Assembly: GCF_003704095.1 (NCBI RefSeq) | Contig: NW_020846333.1 | Location: forward strand, 1-64,000 | Source: Pocillopora damicornis | Lineage: Eukaryota | Reading direction: 5' to 3' | Length of the DNA stretch: 64,000 nucleotides | In this document: positions 13,048 to 25,694 of the stretch, one piece after another | How positions within the stretch are numbered: position 1 is the first letter of the stretch | How the letters are laid out: each line of letters starts with the position of its first letter | Program-made: the position numbers and the translations under genes | The notes under the pieces: model-generated | Seen by the model: the letters and a program-made list of their open reading frames with translations, nothing else | Told to the model about the DNA's origin: nothing | Database searches by the model: none

Positions 13048-14025
13048 CTATTTCAAAATGTACACTTTTTTCTGATCATGGCTAGTAACAAGAATACGCC
13101 CGTCTGGTGCTTTTGTTATCGCCATAGGCTTAGATAATCGAGTGATACTTTTGCCGGTGAAGCGACCGTCTAAAGAAAACTTTTGAACTCGGTAATTGTC
13201 AGTGTCACATACTAGAAGATTATTGGAGCTGTCTACAAGTAAACCACGCGGCAAGTTAAATTGTCCATCTTGATTCCCTTTTTTGCCAAACTTGTATAAG
13301 AATGTTCCTGACTGATCAAAAGCTTTTATGCAGTGCTTTTCTTTATCAGATACGAGAAACATGTTTTTGTGAAGAACGCAGCAGCTTGGACCATGAAGTT
13401 TCTCTGGACCTTTGTCTCCAAATGTGAAAATAGACTCTCCTTCCTTTGACATTACCTGTATCCTATTATTTTCTCTCTCGGTTACAATAATACGCTCTAC
13501 ATCATCCACAGTAACGTCTACTGGATTACCTAACTCTCCTTTCTCTTTACCGAATTTTCCAAAACTTTTCACCACAGTTCCTGTCTGAATATTAAGTCGT
13601 TGTATTCTGCAATTCCCTAGGTCTGCAATTAGGACTTCGTTGTCATTAAAAAACGAAATGCCACGAGGGTACTGAAACTGTCCTGTATTGCTACCCTCGC
13701 CTCCAGTTTTTCTCAAACAGTTGCCATCTTTATCAAAAACATAAACACAGTGGCCAAAGTTATCTGTCACAACTATCTGGCCTTCTGTATTCACAGCAAT
13801 GCCATATAACCGTTCAAACTTGTCCCCTGGAAAGAGCTTTAACTTCAACTCACTGATCACAAAAAGTTCACGTTCTTTAACCTGCACAGTCATGGGACAG
13901 GTCGGTAGTTTATCGCCATTAATCTTCACTTCAATGTTGTAGGCCCCTGGTACTTTGGGAGTAAACTTCAACCTAAGATTGCCATTTTCTTTCTCTTCAA
14001 CAATCACGTCTGTAATATCCTTGAC
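13048..14025 (-). CDS. TRIM-NHL C-terminal half (class B-type filamin end plus six NHL repeats); 5' part in gap
   Basis: IVEEKENGNLRLKFTPKVPGAY filamin motif; six NHL blades ending KKVYILK*. Confidence 0.9.
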   Translation of the reverse strand, partial: VKDITDVIVEEKENGNLRLKFTPKVPGAYNIEVKINGDKLPTCPMTVQVKERELFVISELKLKLFPGDKFERLYGIAVNTEGQIVVTDNFGHCVYVFDKDGNCLRKTGGEGSNTGQFQYPRGISFFNDNEVLIADLGNCRIQRLNIQTGTVVKSFGKFGKEKGELGNPVDVTVDDVERIIVTERENNRIQVMSKEGESIFTFGDKGPEKLHGPSCCVLHKNMFLVSDKEKHCIKAFDQSGTFLYKFGKKGNQDGQFNLPRGLLVDSSNNLLVCDTDNYRVQKFSLDGRFTGKSITRLSKPMAITKAPDGRILVTSHDQKKVYILK

Positions 14026-14125
14026 NNNNNNNNNNNNNNNNNNNNNNNNNNNNNNNNNNNNNNNNNNNNNNNNNNNNNNNNNNNNNNNNNNNNNNNNNNN
14101 NNNNNNNNNNNNNNNNNNNNNNNNN

Positions 14126-15367
14126 TTCCGATGCCCCGAGTGTCAGGCAGAAATCGATTTACCACAAGGAAATTGCTTCGACCGCTTGCCTAGCAGCTTT
14201 TTCCACAAAAGTCTGTTAGGTGTCCTTCTTGAAGCGGAAGATTGCGAAGCCATTGCGAGTCAACAACTGGACACTTGCTCGCAACATACGGAAGAAAGAG
14301 TACGATATTACTGCTCCTCGTGTGAAGCGTGTATTTGTCCGATTTGCGTCACCGAAGACCACCGAGGCCATGCGTTTGAAATGCTTGAAAAAGCAATGCA
14401 AGAGGATAAGAAAAACATTATGTCGACTGTCGAGACCATCAAGGAAAAGGTAAACTTGTTTCGAGCACAGTTAGAAAAAACATCAGAGGATGTGGAAATG
14501 ATTATTGCAATCGCTAAACAGGAAGTGTCGGAGGCAACTGAAGACGTGATCACAAAGACGAGACAGCAAGAAAAACAGCTCTTAGAGTCCTTAGAATAGA
14601 ACGAATGCCACACGTAAAAAAAGAATAGAACGAATCAACTCGGCTAAACAAGAACTGGAATCTCTAATAAAAAAAATTAACCAAGCAGCTGAATTTGCGG
14701 AGAGTCTGGTGCAACGAAGATCAGCTGTGGATATCATACAGAACAAAAACAAATTGAGGCAGAAACTTGAAGAGCTTCGTAGAGTTGAAGTTCCAAAACA
14801 TCGCCAGGCTACATTTGTCAAATTTACTGCCGCATCGCAACACAACTTTAAACTGGGTTCTATTCAGGTCTCCGAGAAGCCGGCAATCGCAGCTAAATCA
14901 ACTCTAGAAGGACTGGATCAAACTTTTCAAGTTGGTGTAGAAGCAAAGTTTACGTTGTGCCCACGGACATCTGGCGAGAGATGAGTGACCACGCTGATCT
15001 CAAAGATGAAGTCGAATTGCTAATAACATCCGCCAAAGATGTGACGAATGTGACTCTTGATGAGAAATATGACGGTAACGTTAGGCTGAAGTTTATTCCC
15101 AAAGTACCTGGGGCCTACAGCACTGAGGTGAAGATTAATGGCGATAAACTACCAACCTGTCCTATCACTGTGCAGGTTAAAGAACGTGAACTTGTCGTGG
15201 TCGGTGAGTTGAAGTTAAAGTTCTTTCCAGGGCACACGCTTGAACGGTTATATGGAGTTGTTGTGAATACAGAAGGCCAGATAGTTGTGACAGATAACCT
15301 TGGCAACTGTGTATATGTTTTTGATAAAGATGGCAACTGTATGAGAAAAATCGGAAGCAAGCGTAGC
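14126..15367 (+). pseudogene. Class A TRIM-NHL pseudogene (frameshifted), flanked by gaps
   Basis: Small insertion with stop at ~14597 (ttagaatagaacgaat) and a 1-bp deletion at ~14975 split the homology over three frames. Confidence 0.85.
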
Positions 15368-15467
15368 NNNNNNNNNNNNNNNNNNNNNNNNNNNNNNNNN
15401 NNNNNNNNNNNNNNNNNNNNNNNNNNNNNNNNNNNNNNNNNNNNNNNNNNNNNNNNNNNNNNNNNNN

Positions 15468-17167
15468 TACAAGTAAACCACGCGGCGGGTTAAATTGTCC
15501 ATCTTGACTCCCTTCTTTGCCGAACTTGTATAAGAATGTTCCTGACTGATCAAAAGCTTTTATGCAGTGGTTGCCCAAATCAGATACGAGAAACATGTTT
15601 TTGTAAAGAGTGCAGCAGCTTGGCCATAAAAGTTTTTCTGGGCCTTTGTCTCCAAATGTGAAAATAGATTCCCCCTCCTTTGACATCACCTGTATCCTAT
15701 GATTGCCCCACTCGGTTACAACAATGCGTTCGTCATCATCCACAGTAACGTCTATTGGCCTATCAAACTCTCCTTTTTCTCTGCCTTCTTTTCCAAAACT
15801 TTTCACAACAGTTCCTGTCTGAATATTAAGTTGTTGTATTCTGCAATTGCCTGAGTCTGCAATTAGGACTTCGTCGTCATTTAAAAACGAAATGCTATCA
15901 GGAGAAAGAAATTGTCCTGTATTGCTACCCTCGCTTCCAATTGTTCTCAAATGGTTGCCATCTTTATCAAAGACATATAAACAGTCGCCAAAGTCATCTG
16001 TCACAACTATCTGGCCTTCTGTATTCACAGCAATTCCACATAACCATCTAAGCGTGTCCCTAGGAAAGAGCTTTAGCTCCAACTCACCGACCACAACAAG
16101 TTCACGTTCTTTTACCTGCACAATCATTGGACAGGTCGGTAGTTTATCGCCATTAATCTTCACTTCAATGCTGTAGGCTCCAGGTACTTTGGGAGTAAAC
16201 TTTAGGCTAACATTTCCGTCGTACTCCTCATCAACAGTCACGTTTGTCACATCTTCGGCGGGTTTTAGTAGCAATTCGACTTGATCTTTGAGATCATCGT
16301 GGTCACTCATCTCCCCTCCAGATGTCCGTGGGCACAACGTAAACTTTGCTTCTACACCAGCCTGAAAAGTTTGATATAGTCCTTCTAAAGTTGATTTAGC
16401 TGCGATTGGCGGCTTCTCGGAGACTTGAATAGAACCCAGTTTAAAGTTGTGTTGCGATGCGGCGGTAAATTTGACAAATGTAGCCTGGCGATGTTTTGGA
16501 ACTTCAACTCCATGAAACTCTTCAAGTTTCTCCCTCAATTTGTTTTTGTTCTGTAGGATGTCTGCAGCTGATCTTCTCTGCACCAGGTTTTCCGCAAAGT
16601 CGGCTGCTTCATTCATTTGTTTTACTAGAGATTCCAGTTCTTGTTTAGCCGAGTTGATTCGCTTTATTCTCCTCCTACGCGTCATTTCTAAAGACTCTAA
16701 GAGCTGTTTTTCTTGTTGTCGCGTCTTTGTGATTATACGTTCCGTTGCCTCCGACACTTCTTGTTTAGCGATTGCAATAATCATTTCCACATCCTCTGAT
16801 GTTTTCTCTAATTTTCTTAACTCTGCTCGAAACAAGTCTGCCTTTTCCTTGATGGTCTCGACGGTCGACATGATGTTTTTCTTCTCCTCTTGCACTGCTT
16901 TTTCAAGCAAGTCAAACGCATGGCCTCGGTGGTTTTCGGTGACGCAAACTGGACAAACACTCGCCTCACACGTAGAGCAGTAATATCGCAGTCTTTCTTC
17001 CGTATGTTGCAAGCAAGTCTCCTGTTGTTGCCTCGAAATGGCCTGGCAATCTTCCGCTTCAAGGACACCTAACAGACTTTTGTGAAAAAAGCTGTTGGGC
17101 AAAAGGTCGAAGCGATTTCCCTCTGGTAAATCGATTTCTGCCTGACACTCGGGGCATCGGAATTTCC
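15468..17167 (-). CDS. Class A TRIM-NHL, both ends lost in gaps; visible part uninterrupted
   Basis: Open frame from KFRCPEC through B-box, coiled coil and filamin to NHL blade 5 (GQFNPPRGLLV). Confidence 0.9.
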
Positions 17168-17267
17168 NNNNNNNNNNNNNNNNNNNNNNNNNNNNNNNNN
17201 NNNNNNNNNNNNNNNNNNNNNNNNNNNNNNNNNNNNNNNNNNNNNNNNNNNNNNNNNNNNNNNNNNN

Positions 17268-17490
17268 CCGCACGTCTCAAGGGCACAACGCCTTCCTTTA
17301 GCCCAGTGCACTGACCACTAGACTACCGGACAAAGCCGTGGCGTTGGCGTGCCCGCGGTACAGTTGACCACGCATGTTAAAAGTAGCACCTTGTACGGTC
17401 GTACGGTCGTACATCCAAATTTTTTCGGCTTTATGGGTTACTACTATTTTGTATAATTATGGGGCCACACTCTGCGAGCTCCACTATAAA
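17268..17490. mobile_element. Interspersed repeat end containing a tRNA-derived SINE-like head on the minus strand
   Basis: Minus strand reads GGTAGTCTAGTGGTCAGTGCACTGG (A-box-like) ... GTTGTGCCCTTGAG. Also a gtacggtc mini-repeat. Sequence is absent from paralogous flanks. Confidence 0.4.
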
Positions 17491-20470
17491 TGACATTTTG
17501 AAATAAAGTTATGTAAAAAATTCATTGGATACATTGTTTTACTAGCAGCTTGGTTTCCCTGGAAAATAAAAAAAGTCATGGCGAGTTCATTTATAGTCTA
17601 ACTATAATCGGCCATCAGGAACCGGAGCTGAGGCAACAAAACTCCATACCTCTTCACGGGACAAAACAGGGATAAGCAGTAGTGGTGAAGAGTCATTAGT
17701 GTTGTAAGATAAACCCTCACACTATTTTGAGAAATGCACTATTTAAAAATTTCTATATCCATAATCGGCTAAACGGTAGCGATTTCATGTTCATATGAAC
17801 TCGCTTACAGATTTCCCGGTACATGTCCCTGATTGCCTAGCGAACTTGACACTCATCCCGAGGAGGAAGCGAGTTCTCAGGGTTGGGTTTTAAACGATGT
17901 GAATGGCATGTACCACAACAATCACAGCTCTTGCACGTACGTATTGCAGACCTTAATCCTGCAACAATGGTTTTATGGATCACTCTTTGCTGGAATCACA
18001 TGACTAGAGAGGTTTGCATTTTTGTTCTTACGAGCACTACTTTCATTCTACGACATAATTTTTGTAAAAAAGAAAAAATAAGAAAAGTTTTGACAAGTAA
18101 ATGTAGCGGTTTTTTCATCTCTTGGTAATATTACCCTTCCTAGTGAAAAAAAAATGATAACAATAAAGCAATAGAAAATAAACAAATAAATTCATTGATG
18201 AGTTTAAAAAAAAAAATTTCGAATAAACAAATAAATAAAACGTGAATGAAAATAACTGTCGACCCATTTCTTCCACTAAACCATCAGAAACACCGGCGAA
18301 TTGTTGAGTAATTGAATATTTTATACAAAACCAAATGGAACAAACTACATAAAGTGCTTATTGAACGGGTTAACACGATGGTAAATCAGAACTCACCTCA
18401 AATATTTCAATTTTTGCCTGCTTCATTTGGATATTACATAATTTGTCAACGTTTAAATATACATGAATCACTATTGCGGACCTATTTCTGTTGCAAACCT
18501 TTGGGTCAGTTTAGACAAATGGGAAGTATCCATGGTTAAGACAAGAGAGGATGATCCTCTTTTGATTAAGAGGAATATATCCCGGGCAATTTTTTGTTTC
18601 TTGAGATGAACGTCGAATTTATGAAACTGTAACGAGTTCGCTTTCATATAAATTTACCCCTTTGCCGCCTTTAACGGGAAGCGAAATAAACAAGCGGCAT
18701 GTGGCTAATTTGCATAAATCAGCTAGTGTGCCTTCCTGTCTGACCTGAAGATTGAAGTACAAACTTCACAATTTCCGGTGTTATCATGGCCAATTTACAT
18801 TATCAACTCAGTTGACAAGAACAAATCATTTTGACACTCTGTCCATTATTAAAATTATCAAGAAGGATTTCCATTTTTAACTGAAAAGAATAAATTGAAG
18901 TTTTTGTCTTGCTTTTTTCTTAAAGAACCTTGACGATTCGACAGTTCATAAAATTCGAGGATATTGAGAAGCATGTGTTAAAAAAAAAGTTTGAAGCCAA
19001 CGGATAAACAGTTGCATGTCACAAACGGAGGAGGTCATGGCAGATTTCCGTTTTGTTTTCTCGGAAATCTAAATATAGCCTTTAAAAGCAGCTTTCTAGT
19101 TTTTCAAAAGAAAATACTCAATTTTCTGTTTACCTCGAACGATTTCCTAAAAAACATTAGCGTCTTGTCTGCACTCTCAAAGTTCACTGAGAATAACTAA
19201 TTAAAGATAGACTCCATATAAGGAAGACGTAAAGTATGGTCGAATGTCTCGCCACAAGAAAGCAAAAAAACTAATTTCGGTCTCAGTTAACGTTGATAAA
19301 GAAGTTGACAAATTCCCTTTCATGGGCGAGAGAGGGGGTAGGGAGAGAAGAAATGACCATATTTTGAAGAAATACGAAGGCCAACACATTTCTAAAATGA
19401 GCCTTATATACACGTTTTGTGATTTTCAGATAATTGTCGCTCCTCATTTTAAAATTTTCCTCCCAAAACGCCCGAAGCTTTCCCTCCAGTTAAAATCCAT
19501 GAATTCTTTCATCCTCTATTAACGATAACACTCCAAGGACGGATTTGCAGTTTTTAAAAATAAAGCTATTAGACAACAATAATTCAACTCAGATAAAAAG
19601 TCTAACCTTACAACGAAGACAACTGAGCCAAGGAAAGTGACAGGCCAGAAATAGATCCAATTAAATGAACATTGCCTTATTTTCTAGGAATCTGAAGCAG
19701 AGGCCAACTGTTTGAATTTTTGTAAGTATTATCCACCCTTATGTGGAGTTACATGCAAAAATTTCTTCCTCGAAATGCGCATCGATAACAGTCTGAGAAC
19801 TAAGAAGGAAAATCGCACCACAAGATTGTCCGTCAAAGTGACAGACGTTCCTTTATCCTGAGCAGAAGTTATCATTTGAGTAAACACACGAGTTGTTTGC
19901 TGGTCAATGTTGTTAGTCTCGTTTTGGGTTTCGTTCCATCAAACATTCGACTAATTTAACTGGCGATTAGCGGGTTTTCGTTTTTTTCGGAGAAGTGCAA
20001 CATCAACGTTAAAAGCTGCGACCGAGTGGCGGAGAGTATAACAGGGAAAATTGAAAATACTTGATCGCAGGTTACTTTTCGAGGGACAAACAATTCTTTC
20101 ACTGATCATCCTGATAATGACCTGTGCTCAGGTTACGAAACATCAGTAACTACTATTGCTAACAGTTCCCCACGGATAAACTCACTCGACACGATCCTCT
20201 GTTACGCTCGAGTTCGAATGAGCAACAACAAGAAAAAACAAACAAGCAAAAAGCTGTTGTACATACTGGACTGGTGCCATTACTTTTTCCCTTCAATTCA
20301 TGACCACTTAGGCGAAGGTTGATTCGACAGTTCAAAAACAGCCTCTTACTGCGTTTTTCCAAATCACACTTTGTAACATTTATGCCTTTAATCGCTTTTA
20401 TCGAGGCTTCATCACAGATAACAACGTCTTTTTTATCATTACAAAAAGGTCACTTAAGTCCTGAAGTGCA

Positions 20471-20527
20471 ATTGGCTAGAAGAAGTCAGTTGTCATAGAC
20501 TTTGCGCTGTTTTCTCGGAAACTGAAA
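20471..20527 (+). promoter_or_regulatory. Class A promoter: ATTGG, GAS TTCTCGGAA (20512-20520) and ISRE-like GAAACTGAAA (20518-20527)
   Basis: Direct motif match about 100 bp upstream of ATG 20619. Confidence 0.65.
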
Positions 20528-20618
20528 TAATATCTCTGATTTCGTATGAGTGTTTTGACTAAGCTCGTCGCTTTAATATTGGTAACACATCAGTTAACTA
20601 CAGTTTAACGCGATCGTC

Positions 20619-22646
20619 ATGAATCCTCTCGTAAAGAACCTCACGAAACAACTTACTTGCTCGATTTGTCTCGATACCTATACCGAGCCCAAAACTATAT
20701 CATGTCTTCACACATTTTGCTGTGAGTGTTTAGAGAGACATGCAAGAGTGAGCCAGAGACAAGGGAAATTCAGATGCCCCGAGTGTCAGGCAGAAATCGA
20801 TTTACCACAAGGAAATCGCTTTGACCGTTTGCCTAACAGCTTTTTTCACAAAAGTCTGTTAGGTGTCCTTGAAGCGGAAGATCGTGAAGCCATTCCGAGG
20901 GAACAACAGGACACTTGCTCGCAACATACGGAAGAAAGAGTACGATATTACTGCTCCTCGTGTAAGGTGTGTATTTGTCCGATTTGCGTCACCGAAGACC
21001 ACCGAGGCCATGCGTTTGATGTGCTTGAAAAAGCAGTGCAAGAGGAGAAGAAAAACATCGTGTCGACTGTCCAGACCATCAAGGAAAAGGCAAACTTGTT
21101 TCGAGCAGAGTTAAGAAAATTAGAGGAAACATCAGAGGATGTGGAAATGATTATCGCGATCGCAAAACAAGAAGTGTCGGAGGCAACTGAACACGTGATC
21201 ACAAAGACGCGACAACAAGAAAAACAGCTTTTAGAGTCCTTAGAAGTGATTCGTAGGAAAAGACTAGAGCGAGTTAACTCGGCTAAACAAGAACTGGAAT
21301 CTCTGGTAAAAATGCTCCAAGGAGCTGAATTTGCGGAGGATCTGGTGCAAAGAGGATCAACTGTGGATATCATACAAAACAAAAACAAATTGAGACAGAA
21401 ACTTGAAGAGCTTCGTGGAGTTGAAGTTCCAAAACATCGCCAGGCTACATTTGTCAAATTTACCGCCGCATCGCAACACAACTTTAAACTGGGCTCTATT
21501 CAAGTCTCTGAGAAGCCGGTTATCGCAGCTAAATCAACTTTAGAAGGATTAGATCAAACTTTTCAGGTCGGTGAAGAAGGAAAGTTTACTTTGTGCCCAC
21601 GGACATCCGAAGGAGAGATGAGTGACTACGCTGACCTCAAAGATCAAGTCGAATTGCTGATAACACCTGCCAAAGATGTTACAAACGTGACTGTTAATGA
21701 GAAATATGACGGAAATTTTGGGCTAGAATTTACTCCCAAAGTACCTGGGGCCTACAGCATTGAAGTAAAGATTAATGGAGATAAACTACCGACCTGTCCC
21801 ACGATTGTGCAGGTTAAAGAACGTGAACTTGTTGTGGTTGGTGAGTTGAAGTTAAAGCTCTTTCCAGGGGACAAACTTGAACGTTTATATGGAGTTGCTG
21901 TGAATACAGATGGCCAGATAGTTGTGACAGATAACCGTGGTAAATGTGTATATGTTTTTGATAAAGATGGCAACTGTATGAGAAAAATTGGAAGCAAGCG
22001 TAGCTATACAGGACAGTTTCAGTTTCCCAATGGCATTTCGTTTTTAAATAACAACGAAGTCCTTATTGCAGACTCGAGCAATTGCAGAATACAACGACTT
22101 AATATTCAGACAGAAGCTATAGTGGCGAGTCTAGGAAGAAAAGGTAGAGAAAAAGGAGAGTTTGGCATGCCTATAAACGTTACTGTGGATGATAAAGAAC
22201 GCATTGTTGTAACTGAGTGGGACAATCATAGGATACAGGTGATGTCAAAGGAGGGAGAGTCTATTTTCACATTCGGCGACGACGGCCCAGAGAAACTCCA
22301 TTATCCAAGTTGCTGCCTTCCATACAAAAACGTGTTTCTCGTGACTGATGCAGGCAACCACTGCATAAAAGCTTTTGATCAGTCAGGAATATTCCTATAC
22401 AAGTTTGGCAAAAGAGGGTATCAAGATGGACAATTTAAAACGCCGAATGGTTTGCTTGTAGACAGCTCTAATAATCTTCTAGTATGTGACTCTGGCAATA
22501 ATCGAGTTCAACAGTTTTCTTTAGACGGCCGCTTCACCGGCAAAAGTATCACTCGTTTATCAGACCCCACTTCGATAACAAAAGCACCAGACGGAGGTAT
22601 TCTTGTTACTAGCTTTGATGAGAAAAAAGTGTACATTTTGAAATAG
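20619..22646 (+). CDS. Intact class A TRIM-NHL E3 ubiquitin ligase (RING-Bbox-CC-filamin-6xNHL), 675 aa, single coding exon
   Basis: Complete ATG-to-TAG ORF with all domain motifs recognisable. Confidence 0.95.
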   Translation: MNPLVKNLTKQLTCSICLDTYTEPKTISCLHTFCCECLERHARVSQRQGKFRCPECQAEIDLPQGNRFDRLPNSFFHKSLLGVLEAEDREAIPREQQDTCSQHTEERVRYYCSSCKVCICPICVTEDHRGHAFDVLEKAVQEEKKNIVSTVQTIKEKANLFRAELRKLEETSEDVEMIIAIAKQEVSEATEHVITKTRQQEKQLLESLEVIRRKRLERVNSAKQELESLVKMLQGAEFAEDLVQRGSTVDIIQNKNKLRQKLEELRGVEVPKHRQATFVKFTAASQHNFKLGSIQVSEKPVIAAKSTLEGLDQTFQVGEEGKFTLCPRTSEGEMSDYADLKDQVELLITPAKDVTNVTVNEKYDGNFGLEFTPKVPGAYSIEVKINGDKLPTCPTIVQVKERELVVVGELKLKLFPGDKLERLYGVAVNTDGQIVVTDNRGKCVYVFDKDGNCMRKIGSKRSYTGQFQFPNGISFLNNNEVLIADSSNCRIQRLNIQTEAIVASLGRKGREKGEFGMPINVTVDDKERIVVTEWDNHRIQVMSKEGESIFTFGDDGPEKLHYPSCCLPYKNVFLVTDAGNHCIKAFDQSGIFLYKFGKRGYQDGQFKTPNGLLVDSSNNLLVCDSGNNRVQQFSLDGRFTGKSITRLSDPTSITKAPDGGILVTSFDEKKVYILK

Positions 22647-25600
22647 ACTTTTTCAAAAGTGAACTTTACTTCTTGAGCCGCTCCTTACCTGTGTTTTGTT
22701 TAATTTTTTAATGCTGTTTTATCACTTGTCTAGAAGAAGTCTTAGCAATAATATTAAGACTTACAATTACTCTTAGAGACAAAAACCCTTTGACTTGAAG
22801 TAATTAGGCCAGGTCTTTCAAGTTCGTCAGTTCCAAGCCGTTTTAATCTGCTCCATTTCTCGTCACTTGGCCATTCATGTTTCTTCTCGGTTTATTAATA
22901 TTCTCCTTAATGGCTTTTTCTTCAATCTAAGGTTGTGTTTTTGTTTTTTCTTTAAGTTCGAGGTATTTTTGCGCATATTCGGTAGCGATTTAAATAATCT
23001 AGACCAAGAAATTTAACGGCGATTCCTGAAAGAATTGCTAATATAGCAGAAAAACTACATATAGAAAAACTACATGCTGTATAGAAAAATTTAACAAGTT
23101 TAACTTTTTTCTCAGACTGAGAATATATAGCTGGAAAACGTTAAGACCATGTGCTCCTTTTTGCAATCATTGATTGGTCAGGATAGATTAAGTTCGGGTT
23201 TTTCAATCTAAGAAAATATATTTTTTATTAAAATTTAATTCAAGAACAATTTATGATTGCATAATTTCACATGTATAAGTAATCAACAAGCATAAGAAGG
23301 AAGGTGACAACTGTTTTTAAAAATGGGCATCTACTGGGTAATTACGTCATAATTAGAGGTGGCTACTGATTTTCTAACTAAGCTTTTTCTAACTAAGTGT
23401 TCTCAAGACAGTTTTGAAAAATAGTCTTAGATTTTGTTCCATATAACAAGGCGAGACAAATTAAGAATGCATGAATAAATGAGACTCAAGCGTTATTTCA
23501 ATTTTTTTGTTATGAATGATTAGAAAATAACTTCCAGTATTAAAAGGAAATATCATTTTAAAATAAAGTTATTTGAAAAATTAACGCGGAAATATCATTT
23601 CAAAACTTGCAAAATCATCAATACCTTGGTTTCCCTGGAAAAAGAAAGGCTATGTCGAGTTTCTAGTGTAACTATAATTGGCTATCAGGAGACCGGAGCC
23701 GAGGAACAAAATTCCAAACCGCCATATAGGACAAAAGCAGGGATAAGGTTTGTTCGTGAATAGTCACTAGCGTTGTAAGATTTACCGTCACAAATTTGAA
23801 AATATCGTTCAAATCGGAAGCGATTTTATGTCCATATAGACTCGCTTAGAGATTTCTCATTACATGTCCCTGCAGCTGATTGCCCAGCGAACTTGACATT
23901 CACCCCGTGGAAGGAGCGAGTTCACGGGGTTAGGTTTTAAACGTTGAGAATCGCATGCGGCACAACAATCACAGCTCTTGCACGTATTGCAAACCTAATA
24001 GGACGCTTTTCTTATAATCCTGCAACAATGGTTTGTTGGATCACTCTTCAGTGCTGGAATCACGTGACCAGAAAGGTTTGCATTTTTGTTTTTTCCAGCA
24101 CTACTTTCATCGTAGGATATAATTTTTGGAAGAGAGAAAAAAAAAGTTTTTACAGATAAATGTAGCGGTTTTTTCATCTCTTGATAATATTTACCCTTCC
24201 TAGTAAGGAAAAATGCATAACAATAAAGCAATAAAAAATAAACCAATGAATTTATCAAGAAGTTTTTAAAAAATGTCGAATAAGGAAATAAATAAAACGT
24301 GAATGAAGATAACTGTCGTCCCTTTTCTTCCACTAAACCATCAGAAACGCAGGCGCATTGTTCAGTTATTGAATCTTTTGTACAAAACTAAATGAAACAA
24401 ACAAAATAAAGTGCTTATGGAATGGTGAACACGATGGTAAGTCAGAACTAACCTCAAATATATCACTTTTTGCCTGCGTCATTTGGTTATTACATAATCT
24501 GTCTACGTTTACAAATATGTAATATGAATCTCTATTGCAGACCTATTTCTGCTGCAAACCTTTGGGTTCGTTTAGACAAATGGGAAGTATTCATAGTTAA
24601 GACAAGAGAGGATGATCCTGTTTTGGTTGAGAGGAATATATCCCAGGTAAGTTTTTTGTTTCTTGAGATGAACGTCGAATGTATGAAACTGTGACGATTT
24701 AGTTTTCATATAAACTCACCCCTTTCCCGCCTCTAACGGGAAGTGAAAGGGCAAGTGGCTAATTTGCATAAATCAGCTTGCGTGCCATCCTGTCTAACCT
24801 GAAGATTGAAGTACAAACTCTAATCCGCTCACGATTTCCGGTGTTATCATGACCAATTTACAATATCAACTCATTTAACAAGAACAAATTATTTTGACAC
24901 TCCATTAAAATTATCAAGTAGGATTTCCATTTTTAACTGAAAAGAATAATTTGAAGCTTTTGTCTTGCTTTTTTCTTAAAGAACCCTAATGATTCGACAG
25001 TTGATCAAATTCTAGGATATTGAAAAGCATGCGTTAAAAAAACGATAAACAGATAAACAGTCTCATATCACAAACGGAAGAGGTCATGGCAGATTTCCGT
25101 TCTATTTTCTCGGAAATCTAAATATAGGCTTAAAAAGCAGCTTTCTAGTTTTTTCAAAAGAAAATAATTCATTTCCTGTTTACTGTATCTGAACGATTTT
25201 CTCAAAGACATTACCGCCTTATCTTCACATTTAAAGTTCTCTGCGAATGACTAGTCCATACAAGATAGACTCCATATAAGATAGAAGGGAAATAGAGTCG
25301 AATGTCTTTCCATGAAAAGCGAAAAACAAATTTTGGTCCCAGTTGATGAAGACGTTGTGAGACAAATTCCCTTTCTTGCTTTCATGAACGAGAGAGGGTT
25401 GCCACTGACGAAGGAAGGAGGGGAGGGGTGGGGAGAGAAGGAACACATTTCTAAAATGAGCTGTTTATACGCGTTTTGCGGTTTTCAGACCTTTCTCGTT
25501 CCTCATCTAAATATTTTCCTCCCATAACGCTTCAAGGCTTTCCCTCCAGCTACAATTCATGAATTCTTTCGTTACAACGAAGTCAACTCAGTCAAGGAAC

Positions 25601-25694
25601 GTGACTGGCCAGAAATAGATCCAAATAAATGAAAAATTTCTTTTTTTCTAGGAATCTGAAGCAAAGGCGAAGTGTTTAAATTGTTTGTAAGGAT
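22647..25694 (+). repeat. Conserved intergenic part of the tandem duplication unit (3' flank plus next upstream region), recurring around most copies
   Basis: Alignable by eye with 10430-13047(-), 17490-20600, 25795-27380(-), 36503-40480, 50018-52470, 54555-56300, 60145-61100 and 63059-64000. Confidence 0.85.

Noticed and set aside
16540-16983. Recurrent antisense and alternate-frame ORFs over the coiled-coil and B-box regions (e.g. 20948-21481, 43926-44459, 34061-34738, the MSLKRKIAKP.. family)
   Set aside because: Shadows of the duplicated TRIM coding sequence; their recurrence is explained by paralogy.
20619-22646. Assigning the symbol TRIM71, TRIM2 or TRIM3
   Set aside because: Architecture matches, but this is a lineage-specific expansion; orthology needs a phylogeny.
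23944-24159. Repeated small ORF MRIACGTTITALARIANL (also 25851-26114)
   Set aside because: Non-ATG start inside the duplicated intergenic unit; the frame is not kept in other copies (17883, 10600, 51200).
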